A stretch of DNA of 32,677 nucleotides. Source: Polaromonas sp. Lineage in GTDB: Bacteria > Pseudomonadota > Gammaproteobacteria > Burkholderiales > Burkholderiaceae_C. Both the position numbers and the translations under genes were made by a program. Position 1 is the first letter of the stretch. Every line of letters begins with the position of its first letter. The notes under the pieces were generated by a model, which was not told the origin of the DNA, searched no databases, and saw only the letters and a program-made list of their open reading frames with translations. The stretch covers positions 1-32,677 of the forward strand of contig CAXNEG010000001.1 of assembly GCA_964201305.1 (NCBI GenBank), read 5' to 3'. Shown in pieces: positions 1 to 8,758 of this stretch.

Positions 1-84
1 GCCGCAGTCACCCAACGCATGGCAGGCCAAGACTTTGGCCTGTGCCTGGCCGGCCACACCCACGGCGGCCAAATTGCCTTGGGC
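1..84 (+). repeat. 84-bp direct terminal repeat, copy 1 (identical to 32594..32677)
   Basis: gccgcagtcacccaacgcatgg...caaattgccttgggc matches the last 84 nt base for base. Confidence 0.97.
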
Positions 85-240
85 AACTGGGCGCCATTCA
101 CCCCCCCAGGCAGCGGCCGATTTGTGGCCGGCTTCTACGACCTGCCCAGTTGCCACCTCTTCGTCTCACGCGGTGCCGGCACGTCCGTGCTCCCCCTGCG
201 CTGGGGCGCCAAGGCGGAGGTGCTTGTGTTTGATCTGTAA
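1..240 (+). CDS. Metallophosphoesterase (YkuE/YaeI-like), 3' part only
   Basis: GHTHGGQI and SRGAG motifs; the frame continues from the GNWE/HSP segment at 32336..32677; TAA at 238-240. Confidence 0.85.
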   Translation, partial: AAVTQRMAGQDFGLCLAGHTHGGQIALGNWAPFTPPGSGRFVAGFYDLPSCHLFVSRGAGTSVLPLRWGAKAEVLVFDL

Positions 241-499
241 TCAAGTAGAGCATTGGGACCCTATCTCGGATGAGCGACACGGGATCAGGCGGGAGAAGCC
301 TTGGGAATAAGCCACGGATTGCTCACCCCCAATGATGAAAGAAAATCTATGGATGGTCTGCACAACTCGTTTTGAAAAAGTGATAGCCAATGTTAAAAAA
401 CAGGGGCCTGTCACTTGAAGACATTGCCCTCCCGCACGACATTGTTGAGCGCGGCGAGTTGATAGGGCGTGTGCTGTTGGATATTCCGGGGGACAAGCG

Positions 500-1312
500 C
501 TAACGTCCGCGAAAGACCGGCTTGCGGCGTTCGACGAACGCGCGTACCCCTTCGGCAAAACTATCGCCATCTATCAGTACGGCCTGGCGCTCACGCTCCA
601 ACTTGAGTTGCTGGGATAAGGTATTGCTCTCGGCTGCATCCAGCAGAGCGCGGGTTTCGGCTATTGCATGGGCAGGCAGCGCAGCCAAGCGCTTTGCGAT
701 TTTCAACGCTTCGGTCTGCAAATCCTCGTCGGCCACGCAGGCCAAGATCATTCCCCACTGCGCGGCCTTTTCCGCAGGTAACTTTTCGCCCAGTAACACC
801 AGCGCAGCGGCACGCGCACGCCCCACGCTACGCTGCAACGCCCACATAGCACCCATATCGGGCACGATTCCTAAGGCAGGGACAAAGGGTAAATAGAAGA
901 TGGCGGATTGCGCAGCAATGACGACGTCAGCTGCCAGCGCAATGCCAACCCCACCGCCCGCCGCGGCGCCGTTGACAGCACACACCACTGGCACCGGCAT
1001 CGTGGTCAGCCCAAACGCAATGGGATTGCCCGTGGCGTCCATCATGTCACCCACATAGCCGCCCAGAGATTGCCCGGCTGGCATGGTGGACGCGCGAAGG
1101 CTGAAGTCCTTGAGGTCCGCGCCCGAACAGAAACCACGCCCGTGTGCCGTGAGAAGCATTGCGCGAACCGCCGTATCGCCACGGATGCGTTCCATCGCGT
1201 CCAGCAAGCCGGCCTGCAAAGATTCAGACAGCGGGTTCATGCGTTCGCTCTCGTTGAGCGTGACCACCGCCACGCCATCAATGACTTCATAAAGCACTGC
1301 AGCCTTGTTCAT
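500..1312 (-). CDS. Crotonase-family enoyl-CoA isomerase/hydratase, PaaG-like
   Basis: FCSGADL, NGAAAGGG, GIVPDMG; ATG at 1312 overlaps the upstream stop (ATGA). Confidence 0.9.
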   Translation of the reverse strand: MNKAAVLYEVIDGVAVVTLNESERMNPLSESLQAGLLDAMERIRGDTAVRAMLLTAHGRGFCSGADLKDFSLRASTMPAGQSLGGYVGDMMDATGNPIAFGLTTMPVPVVCAVNGAAAGGGVGIALAADVVIAAQSAIFYLPFVPALGIVPDMGAMWALQRSVGRARAAALVLLGEKLPAEKAAQWGMILACVADEDLQTEALKIAKRLAALPAHAIAETRALLDAAESNTLSQQLKLERERQAVLIDGDSFAEGVRAFVERRKPVFRGR

Positions 1313-1866
1313 GGCGTTGCTTCCTTCTGGTGCTGGGGAAAGAAGGTGCGTACGATGTGTCCGTTCAGGCGCAGCGCATGGCAGCCACCCAGGGGCGAGG
1401 TACGCTGCTGGCTGCCTTGTGCATCCACCGTATTGAAGTCGCTGTCCGCCCACATCACTTGGAATGCGGTGCTTGCCATGGGGGGCAACAACTCCGTCAT
1501 GTGCGAGCAACCCAGCGTGCCACGAAACAGGCGCTTGACCTGGCGCGTGAAGCCGGGTTCGATACGCAGGCCAATGAGCTTGCGGTAGCCGGCTTGCACC
1601 TCCATGCATTCCGGGTAGGGTGTGTGTTCGCTCCAGGCATTGGCGTCCACGATGCAGCGCTCGCGGTCTATCGTCAGGCGCACACGCATCTGGTGGATCG
1701 GGTCACCAGCCGCCAAGGCCTTGTTCAACAACTGCAATGCAACTGGCTTTTTGTCAATCAGCAGGCCTTCAATCTCGATGAGCCCGTCGTCACGCAAAAA
1801 GCCTTCGCAGCTGATCCGGCGAAAATGCAAGGGCTGTCTCGCGGCGGGTGGCGGCGCCATGCTCAT
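1309..1866 (-). CDS. DUF2889-like protein
   Basis: [41 protein letters not shown]; coupled to both neighbours. Confidence 0.75.
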   Translation of the reverse strand: MSMAPPPAARQPLHFRRISCEGFLRDDGLIEIEGLLIDKKPVALQLLNKALAAGDPIHQMRVRLTIDRERCIVDANAWSEHTPYPECMEVQAGYRKLIGLRIEPGFTRQVKRLFRGTLGCSHMTELLPPMASTAFQVMWADSDFNTVDAQGSQQRTSPLGGCHALRLNGHIVRTFFPQHQKEATP

Positions 1867-3026
1867 GCGCCGACCTCCAGGTGGGCCACACCGGCAACTA
1901 ACAACGCTTCGATTTCACCCGAAGTCAAACCGGCCTTCGCCAGTAATTCAGTGGTGTGTTCGCCTGTGCGCGGTGCCTGGGCCGGGAGTGTGCAAGGCGT
2001 CCGGTCAAACCGAGGCGCCGGCGCGGGCTGTACCACCCCACCTTGGCTAACAAAAGTGCCTCGAGCGGTGTTGTGTGGGTGCTCCGCGGCTTCGTTCATC
2101 GACAAGACCGGGGCAAAGCAAGCGTCTGTGCCTTCCAGCACTTCGCACCATTGCGCGCGAGTGCGCTTGCGGAAGACGTCCGCCAGCTTGACGCGCAACG
2201 CCGGCCATTCGCCCTGCTCCCACTGCTTGAGGAAATGGTCGTCAGTGATGTCGCACAGCGCCATCAAAAGTTGGTAAAACTGCGGCTCAATCGCGCCAAC
2301 GGAAACGTGTTTTCCGTCCTGACACGCATAGGTGCCGTAAAAATGGGCAGCGCCATCCAGAAAATTGCTCTGGCGCTCGTCATTCCATAAGCCCTTTGCC
2401 ATCAAGCCATACTGCGCAGACATCAGCAGCGCTGCGCCGTCGGTCATGGCAGCATCCACCACCTGGCCTTCGCCGCTGTGCTGTGCTCGGGCTACGGCTG
2501 CCAGCACGCCCATCGCCAGCAGCATGCCGCCTCCACCATAGTCGCCCACCAGGTTCAATGGAGGCAGCGGCTGCGCTGCTGTACCAATGGCATGCAAAGC
2601 ACCTGAAAGCGACACATAGTTAATGTCATGCCCGGCAGTCTGGGCCAGTGGGCCCGTTTGGCCCCAGCCCGTCATACGCCCATAGACCAGCTTCGGGTTG
2701 CGGGCATGGCACTGCGTCGGCCCCAGGCCGAGCTTTTCAGCAACGCCCGGGCGAAAGCCTTCAACCAAGATGTCTGCTGTTTCTACCAACCGCAGCACCG
2801 CATCTACAGCGCGAGGGTCCTTCATGTTCAGCGATAGAGACTTTCGGCCTCGGTCCACCACGCTGTCGTTGCGCATGAGTGCCTCCAGTCCGCCGCGCGC
2901 CGGGGTGGGAGGGCGGTCGATCCGGATCACGCTCGCCCCCATATCTGCAAATAACATACAGGCAAATGGCCCCGGGCCGATGCCGGCCAGTTCGATGACG
3001 GTGAGGTGCGATAGCGGTCCAGGCAT
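1863..3026 (-). CDS. CaiB/BaiF family III CoA-transferase, alpha-methylacyl-CoA racemase (AMACR/Mcr)-like
   Basis: [29 protein letters not shown] (racemase His/Asp positions). Confidence 0.9.
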   Translation of the reverse strand: MPGPLSHLTVIELAGIGPGPFACMLFADMGASVIRIDRPPTPARGGLEALMRNDSVVDRGRKSLSLNMKDPRAVDAVLRLVETADILVEGFRPGVAEKLGLGPTQCHARNPKLVYGRMTGWGQTGPLAQTAGHDINYVSLSGALHAIGTAAQPLPPLNLVGDYGGGGMLLAMGVLAAVARAQHSGEGQVVDAAMTDGAALLMSAQYGLMAKGLWNDERQSNFLDGAAHFYGTYACQDGKHVSVGAIEPQFYQLLMALCDITDDHFLKQWEQGEWPALRVKLADVFRKRTRAQWCEVLEGTDACFAPVLSMNEAAEHPHNTARGTFVSQGGVVQPAPAPRFDRTPCTLPAQAPRTGEHTTELLAKAGLTSGEIEALLVAGVAHLEVGA

Positions 3027-3029
3027 CTG

Positions 3030-3719
3030 TCAAAGCCCTTCTACTTCAATGCGGCTGCGCCCCTGGCTCCACAAGCTTGGCGGATAGTAGCCACGCCAGT
3101 CCTCGTCTATCCGCAGGTACGGAACGTCGGACCATACGCCGTGATCCCGCAGGTATTCCATGTGCACGCTGCCATCCTCCTTGTACTGCTGCAGTACGGC
3201 GTCGTGTTCACCATCGAAGTCGGTGGCCGGCACACTCATTAGCGTGCACAGTTCCTTGTTGAACGCAGGGACCGCCTTGACCCATCGGCCTTCCAGGTAC
3301 ATGGCAGTCCAACCATGGTGCATGAAGACTTCTCGATTGCCCATGACCTGCTGCAATCTGGGTGTACTGAAGTGGTTCACCACATCTGACAGACCTAGCG
3401 CCGCCGGAATGCCCAGGAGCCGCGCCCCCGCCGTTAGAAGAACAGCCTTGGGAATACAAAACGATCCTCGCTCGCGCACCACAGTGCTTGCGCGAAAGCA
3501 CTCGGGCGTCAGGCGCAGGCTGTAGGGCTCATATCGCACCTGGTCGCGCACAGCCAGAAACAGGCGGATCGCCTTTTCCCGCTGGGTGCTCGCACCGACA
3601 ACAGCATCGAGCACAAACTGCGCAACCACTGGCAGATCGAAGTCCAGGAACGGCGTAGCAGCAAGGTACAGGGACCCGGGTTCGGGCCAGCCGTACGGGG
3701 TGAATTCCTTTTGGTGCAC
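3030..3719 (-). CDS. Transglutaminase-like (Cys protease fold) protein
   Basis: LFLAVRDQVRY, SFCIPKA, HGWT...WVKA; GTG start 10 nt after the upstream stop. Confidence 0.8.
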   Translation of the reverse strand: MHQKEFTPYGWPEPGSLYLAATPFLDFDLPVVAQFVLDAVVGASTQREKAIRLFLAVRDQVRYEPYSLRLTPECFRASTVVRERGSFCIPKAVLLTAGARLLGIPAALGLSDVVNHFSTPRLQQVMGNREVFMHHGWTAMYLEGRWVKAVPAFNKELCTLMSVPATDFDGEHDAVLQQYKEDGSVHMEYLRDHGVWSDVPYLRIDEDWRGYYPPSLWSQGRSRIEVEGL

Positions 3720-3729
3720 GCAGTTCGCC

Positions 3730-4890
3730 TTACATCCTCTTGGCGACTTCTTCTAGCATCACTTCGGTAGCACCGCCTCCAATCGTCAGGATGCGCGAAT
3801 CACGTGCCATGCGCTCAACTGGCGTTCCGATGATGTAACCGGTACCGCCGTGCAGTTGCAAGCAGGTGTGCACCACTTCCTGGAGCGTCTCGGCGCCAAA
3901 TGCCTTGAGCATGGAGACTTCACGGACCGTGTCCTTGCCCTCGTCAATCATCTGAGCGCATTGGTAGGTCAGCGCGCGTACCGCGGCCGCCTTGGCTGCA
4001 ATCCAGGCAATCTTGTTGCGCACCACCGGCTGGTCCCACAGCGATTTCCCAAAGGCCTGACGGCTGCGCATGTAGTCAACGGTCAACTCTATCGCCCTGG
4101 CGCTGGCGCCAGACACCAGTGCACCCACCACTAAGCGCTCGTCTTGGAAGGTGCTCATGATGTAGTAGAAGCCTTTACCCTCTTCTCCCAGCAAGGCGTC
4201 ATGCGGCACCTTCAGGTCGTCCAGGAACAACTCGGCCGTGTCTGACGAACGCCAGCCGTGCTTTTCAAACTTGCGCGCGACCTTCAGGCCTGGATTGCCC
4301 TTTTCGACGATGAACAGCGAAATGCCGCGGCTGCCCTTGGCTTCAGGATCGGTGCGGGCAGCGATGATGTAAATGTCGCCATACACCCCGTTGGTGATAT
4401 AGGTCTTGGAGCCGTTAAGGATCCAGCCATCGGCTGTTTTGACGGCACGGGTCTTCAGTCCAGCAACGTCAGAGCCAGCATGCGGCTCCGTGACGCAAAT
4501 GGCGCCCACTTTCACACCCGCACAGGCGTCGGGCAGGTACTTCTGCTTTTGTTCATGGGTGCCGCGGTGGGCGATGTGCGAGACCGACATGTCGCTGTGC
4601 ACGGTCAGCGCGGACGCCACGCCGCCGAAGCCCGAGCGCGCGAGTTCCTCGCCCAGCACCACGGACGACATCACGCCCAGGCCACCCCCGCCGTATTCCA
4701 CCGGGTGGCGCATGCCAAGAAAGCCAATGGCTCCCAGCTCGCGGAAAAGCTCGCGCGGAATCTCGCCCGAGGCCTCCCAGGCGTCCCCATGGGGAATGAT
4801 CTTTTCGTTGACGAAGCGGCGCACCTGCTGGCGCACCATGCGCAGGTCGTCACCCAGAATGTCGGGTTCGCTGAATTCGAATTCGGTCAT
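3730..4890 (-). CDS. Acyl-CoA dehydrogenase
   Basis: TEPHAGSD, NGSKTYITNG, QLHGGTGY, IGGGATE; start placed at MTEFEF (4890) rather than 5016. Confidence 0.93.
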   Translation of the reverse strand: MTEFEFSEPDILGDDLRMVRQQVRRFVNEKIIPHGDAWEASGEIPRELFRELGAIGFLGMRHPVEYGGGGLGVMSSVVLGEELARSGFGGVASALTVHSDMSVSHIAHRGTHEQKQKYLPDACAGVKVGAICVTEPHAGSDVAGLKTRAVKTADGWILNGSKTYITNGVYGDIYIIAARTDPEAKGSRGISLFIVEKGNPGLKVARKFEKHGWRSSDTAELFLDDLKVPHDALLGEEGKGFYYIMSTFQDERLVVGALVSGASARAIELTVDYMRSRQAFGKSLWDQPVVRNKIAWIAAKAAAVRALTYQCAQMIDEGKDTVREVSMLKAFGAETLQEVVHTCLQLHGGTGYIIGTPVERMARDSRILTIGGGATEVMLEEVAKRM

Positions 4891-4940
4891 GGATAGCGGT
4901 GGGTTGATGTGGGTCAATGAAAGGCAACGGGTTTTATATA

Positions 4941-4960
4941 TAGTCCGGCGCGTCGGTTTA
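4941..4960. promoter_or_regulatory. Putative TetR operator 1 TAGTCCGGCGCGTCGGTTTA
   Basis: Palindromic 20-mer in the divergent ACAD/TetR1 spacer; recurs five times in the window. Confidence 0.85.
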
Positions 4961-5026
4961 TTAATTGTATACGTGCCGCCAGGTCCCAGCAAGGGCATTG
5001 ATACACTCTCAATCATAGGAAAAGCT

Positions 5027-5620
5027 ATGCCCCGCGTACGTTCAGACGACTACGAATCCAAAAGCCAGTCCATCATGGACTGCGCCGCTGCACTCTTTGC
5101 CAAGGAAGGCTACCCATCCGCCAAGATGCAGGACATAGCATCGGCATGCGGCGCAACGAAGTCGATGCTGTATCACTACTTTCCGACAAAGGACGACCTG
5201 CTATTTGCAATGCTGATGGAGCATCTTGAGCGTGTCGTTCAGGACGTCGAAAAAGCAATCGCGGGCACCGACTCCCCAACCGACCGGTTACTGTTGATGG
5301 TGGAGACTTACACGCAGAAATCTGCTCAGTCACGGCGGCGCCACATGATTGCGATGCAGGACGTCAAATACCTCCCCAAGCCCAAACAGGCGCCTCTGAT
5401 CGAATTGCAGCGAAAGTTAACTGAACGGGTGTCTGAGTTGTTGCAACAACTCAACCCGGGGCTGCCTGCGCAGGTGTACAAGCCCTACACCATGATGCTT
5501 ATCGGCATGCTCAACTGGACCGACATGTGGTTTCGCACCAGCGGCACCATGAAGCCCCAGGAACTGTGCGACCGCATGTCGCGGCTGTTCCTTAAGGGCT
5601 TCATGGCCGAAAAGTCGTAA
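5027..5620 (+). CDS. TetR/AcrR family regulator 1 (PaaR/KstR2-like)
   Basis: HTH MQDIASACGATKSMLYHYFPTK; GMLNWT..WF; AGGA RBS before ATG 5027. Confidence 0.93.
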   Translation: MPRVRSDDYESKSQSIMDCAAALFAKEGYPSAKMQDIASACGATKSMLYHYFPTKDDLLFAMLMEHLERVVQDVEKAIAGTDSPTDRLLLMVETYTQKSAQSRRRHMIAMQDVKYLPKPKQAPLIELQRKLTERVSELLQQLNPGLPAQVYKPYTMMLIGMLNWTDMWFRTSGTMKPQELCDRMSRLFLKGFMAEKS

Positions 5621-6778
5621 TTACTGCACGGGCTTGTAGGTTACCGCTGCCGGGTCGGCCTTGAGCAGGAACAGCTTGGGCGCGGCGAGATGGTTTGTCG
5701 CGCTAAAGGACACGGGCGTCATCACGCCGGTGTCAAGATTGCGCACTTTGGCCAACTCATTGTTCGCGCAGTCCCAGGTCAGTGCCTTGCCGCACTTGCC
5801 CATGGCCTCGAACAAGGCGCGCGTCGCGGCATAGCCGGTGTAGGTGTAGCGGTTGACCCTCGGCATTTCCTCGGCGGTCAGATGCTTAGCCAGCTTGTCC
5901 GTGAAGGCCTTGCCCTGCGGTGAGCTTTCAAGGTAAACGTAGTCAACGGTGTAGACATTCTCACCTGCCGTGCCCATTAGCCTGACGCTGGCGGACACAC
6001 GAGACACGTAGGTCACGCCCACGGGAATTTTGTGGCCGATGCGCTCCAGCTCCTTGGTCATTGCAACGTTCTCGCCAAGGACGCCGCCGGCCAACAGCAC
6101 TTCGGCGCCAGCCTGCTTGACCTTCAGGATTTCAGATGAGAAGTCGACCTGGCCCTTTTTGTAGATCTGCGTCGACGTGATCTGAAGATTCTTGGCTTTG
6201 GCGGCGCGTTGAAAGCCCGTGCGAACGTTCTCGCCGTAGTCATCATCCTGCGAGATCAGCGCCCACTTCTTGCCAGGGTAGCGGTCAGCCATCATCGACA
6301 CGAGCTCTTCAACGGCGTTCGCCATGTCGTAACCGACTGCGAAGACGTTCTTGATGACCGGGTTGTAGAGACCCTCATAGGTCGTGATCGGTGCCATGGC
6401 GGGAATTCCCGACTGCTTAATTATTGGCATCGCTGCCTCCGCTTGGGCCGTACCCGAGATAGACGTTAACGCGAAGACCTTATCGCTGGTGATGAGCTTA
6501 CGCACACCTTGGACAGTACGGGAAGGAACGTAGCCATCGTCCTCGGAGATCAAGCGGACCTTGCGGCCGTTAATACCGCCCGCAGCGTTCACTTCGGCTA
6601 CTGCGGCTTTCACGCCAAGGTTGTGTGCGACACCGAGCAACGCCGGCGGGCCAGTCAGCGGCAGGATGTCGCCAATGACGATTTCTGTGTCCGTAACACC
6701 CTGCTGTGCAACTGCGCGCCCGAAAGCGCAGGCGGTCAACAGGCTTACCAGGGCAAGTTTGGAAAGTCTCCGGTTCAT
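5621..6778 (-). CDS. ABC transporter substrate-binding protein (LivK/LivJ-like)
   Basis: Signal peptide, PLTGP, GGINGRK, EDDGY; AAGGAG RBS before ATG 6778. Confidence 0.92.
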   Translation of the reverse strand: MNRRLSKLALVSLLTACAFGRAVAQQGVTDTEIVIGDILPLTGPPALLGVAHNLGVKAAVAEVNAAGGINGRKVRLISEDDGYVPSRTVQGVRKLITSDKVFALTSISGTAQAEAAMPIIKQSGIPAMAPITTYEGLYNPVIKNVFAVGYDMANAVEELVSMMADRYPGKKWALISQDDDYGENVRTGFQRAAKAKNLQITSTQIYKKGQVDFSSEILKVKQAGAEVLLAGGVLGENVAMTKELERIGHKIPVGVTYVSRVSASVRLMGTAGENVYTVDYVYLESSPQGKAFTDKLAKHLTAEEMPRVNRYTYTGYAATRALFEAMGKCGKALTWDCANNELAKVRNLDTGVMTPVSFSATNHLAAPKLFLLKADPAAVTYKPVQ

Positions 6779-6839
6779 GCTAGCTCCTTGTGATAATGGC
6801 ACCCGCCATCGTTAAAAATCGTTGATGTGAAGATAAGTT

Positions 6840-7886
6840 TTAGTAGCGCAGTGGCCACTGGACCCAGGTGTGGCGCAGGTCGTGCCAGATGCCGCGCAAG
6901 CCTCGCGGGTCAAAACGCAGGAAACCAATGATGGCCAGCCCGTAAAGCACGCTCTTGATCTCGTGCGCGCTGGTGGTCATCAGGTTCTGCAGCCGGCCGC
7001 CGAGCAAGGAAACCAGCATGCTGAACACTTCGGGCAGCGTCACGATAAAGACGGTTCCCAACGCGGCGCCCAGCACCGACCCCAGCCCGCCGACTATCAC
7101 GATAGCCAGCGCTTCTATGGAAAGCAGGAAGGGAAAGCTTTCGACACTGACAATGCTCAGGTACATGCCCATCATCGCGCCCGCAACGCCGGTGAGTGCG
7201 GCACTCACCAGAAACGCTAGCAACTTAAAGCGCACCAGGTTGATGCCCATCGTGCGCGCAGCGATGTCGTTATCCCGTATGGCGACCAGCGCCCGGCCAA
7301 TGTAGGAGCGCCGGAAGTTAAGCGTTACCAGAACGGCCAGGATACACATGACCAGGCAAAACCAATAAAACATCCGGTCACTTGACAAGTCGACGCCCAA
7401 CATCTTTGGGCGAGCAATCGTAATTCCGCGGCCCGCGCCTGTGAATTTACCGCCAGCGAGTATGGAGGCGCTCACTATGTGACTGAACGCCAATGTGGTG
7501 ATCGCCAGGTACAGCCCGTGCAGACGTAGCGACGGGATGCCCACCACCAGACCGAAGGCAGCCGGGACCACTGCCGACATCATCAATGCAACTTCAGGCG
7601 GTAGGCCCAGGCGTGTTACTCCGATAGCGTAGGCGTAAGCACCCAGCATCAGGAAGCCCACATGGCCAAGCGAGATCAGTCCGGTAAAACCTGTCAAGAC
7701 TGTGAGGCCCAGAACACCCACCAGCGTGAACAGGATGATGGTCATGTAGGACAACAAGAAGCTGCTCATGAGTACAGGCGCCACGACCAGCGCCACCAGC
7801 AGCACCGCCGTCCATACCTTGACCGCGGGCGAGTCCGTAAGAACAAGAAGCTCGCTGTATCGTTGCTTGAAGTATCCGCTTCGCAT
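6840..7886 (-). CDS. LIV-type ABC permease (LivM-like)
   Basis: GLISLGH, RLHGLYLAITTLAF, GRALVAIRDN, GGLGS. Confidence 0.92.
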   Translation of the reverse strand: MRSGYFKQRYSELLVLTDSPAVKVWTAVLLVALVVAPVLMSSFLLSYMTIILFTLVGVLGLTVLTGFTGLISLGHVGFLMLGAYAYAIGVTRLGLPPEVALMMSAVVPAAFGLVVGIPSLRLHGLYLAITTLAFSHIVSASILAGGKFTGAGRGITIARPKMLGVDLSSDRMFYWFCLVMCILAVLVTLNFRRSYIGRALVAIRDNDIAARTMGINLVRFKLLAFLVSAALTGVAGAMMGMYLSIVSVESFPFLLSIEALAIVIVGGLGSVLGAALGTVFIVTLPEVFSMLVSLLGGRLQNLMTTSAHEIKSVLYGLAIIGFLRFDPRGLRGIWHDLRHTWVQWPLRY

Positions 7887-8758
7887 CAGACTCTTTCGAT
7901 TCGTTTCTCACCGAACAGCCCGAAAGGCCGCACCATCAACACCACCAGGATCAGCACGAAGCCCGAGATTTCCTTGAGCGTGCTAGGCAGGTAGCCCCCC
8001 ACAAGGTTCTCGAACACGCCAATGATCAAGCCGCTGAAGCCAGATCCCAGAACGGAGTCAAATCCGCCCAGCACAGTGGCCGGGAAGGCCTTGAGGCCCA
8101 GTTCGAAAACCGTTGGCGTCAGGCCATAGATGACGGCAAACAGGGCACCAGCCAAGCCAGCGAGGCCGGAAGCTGATGCCCAGGCAACGGCCTGTACCCT
8201 TGCTGTGGACACGCCCATCAGGCGAGCCGTCTTTTCATCCGCCGCCACCGCACGCATGGCAACACCGAATCTGCTATGGCGCAGGAAGAACCAGAAGCCA
8301 GCCACAGCCAGAAGCAGCGCAACGATTACGCCTACTTGACTAACGCGGATCCCGATACCCGCAATGTTAAGGATGGTGTCTGCGCCGGCAACCTCAAACT
8401 TGTGCGGCGATGCACCCCAAATGATGGTGACGATTGAACGCAACACCACGGCCAAACCTACGGTCACCAAAACGACCGATAGCACTGGCTCGCCCAACAT
8501 AGGCCGCATGATGAGTCGTTCACAAATCAGGCCCAACGCTGCGCCCACCACCACGGCGACGAACACTGTGGCGATTCCACCCGTTCCCATCAAGGTTGCC
8601 AGCGACCACGTGGTGTAGGCTGTAAGCATCCCCATTTCACCCTGAGCGAAATTGACGATGCCTGTTGCCTTGTAGATGACAGCAAAGCCCATCGCGACCA
8701 GACCATAAATTGCACCGACCGCCAGGCCGGAAACAACCAGTTCAATGAAGTAGTTCAT
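7886..8758 (-). CDS. LIV-type ABC permease (LivH-like)
   Basis: GAIYGLVAMGF, NFAQGE, GVAMRAVA, RPFGLFG. Confidence 0.92.
   Translation of the reverse strand: MNYFIELVVSGLAVGAIYGLVAMGFAVIYKATGIVNFAQGEMGMLTAYTTWSLATLMGTGGIATVFVAVVVGAALGLICERLIMRPMLGEPVLSVVLVTVGLAVVLRSIVTIIWGASPHKFEVAGADTILNIAGIGIRVSQVGVIVALLLAVAGFWFFLRHSRFGVAMRAVAADEKTARLMGVSTARVQAVAWASASGLAGLAGALFAVIYGLTPTVFELGLKAFPATVLGGFDSVLGSGFSGLIIGVFENLVGGYLPSTLKEISGFVLILVVLMVRPFGLFGEKRIERV

Noticed and set aside
241-499. AT-richer spacer with ggatggtctgcacaactc (~350-368), loosely like an IS5-type end, and ORF 241..570
   Set aside because: No partner repeat, no transposase and no protein motif; too weak to call
4406-5026. N-terminal extensions in the ORF track (404-aa TetR, 428-aa ACAD to 5016, 369-aa crotonase to 1609)
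   Set aside because: They overlap real genes or the operator spacer; homology and RBS or translational coupling support shorter starts
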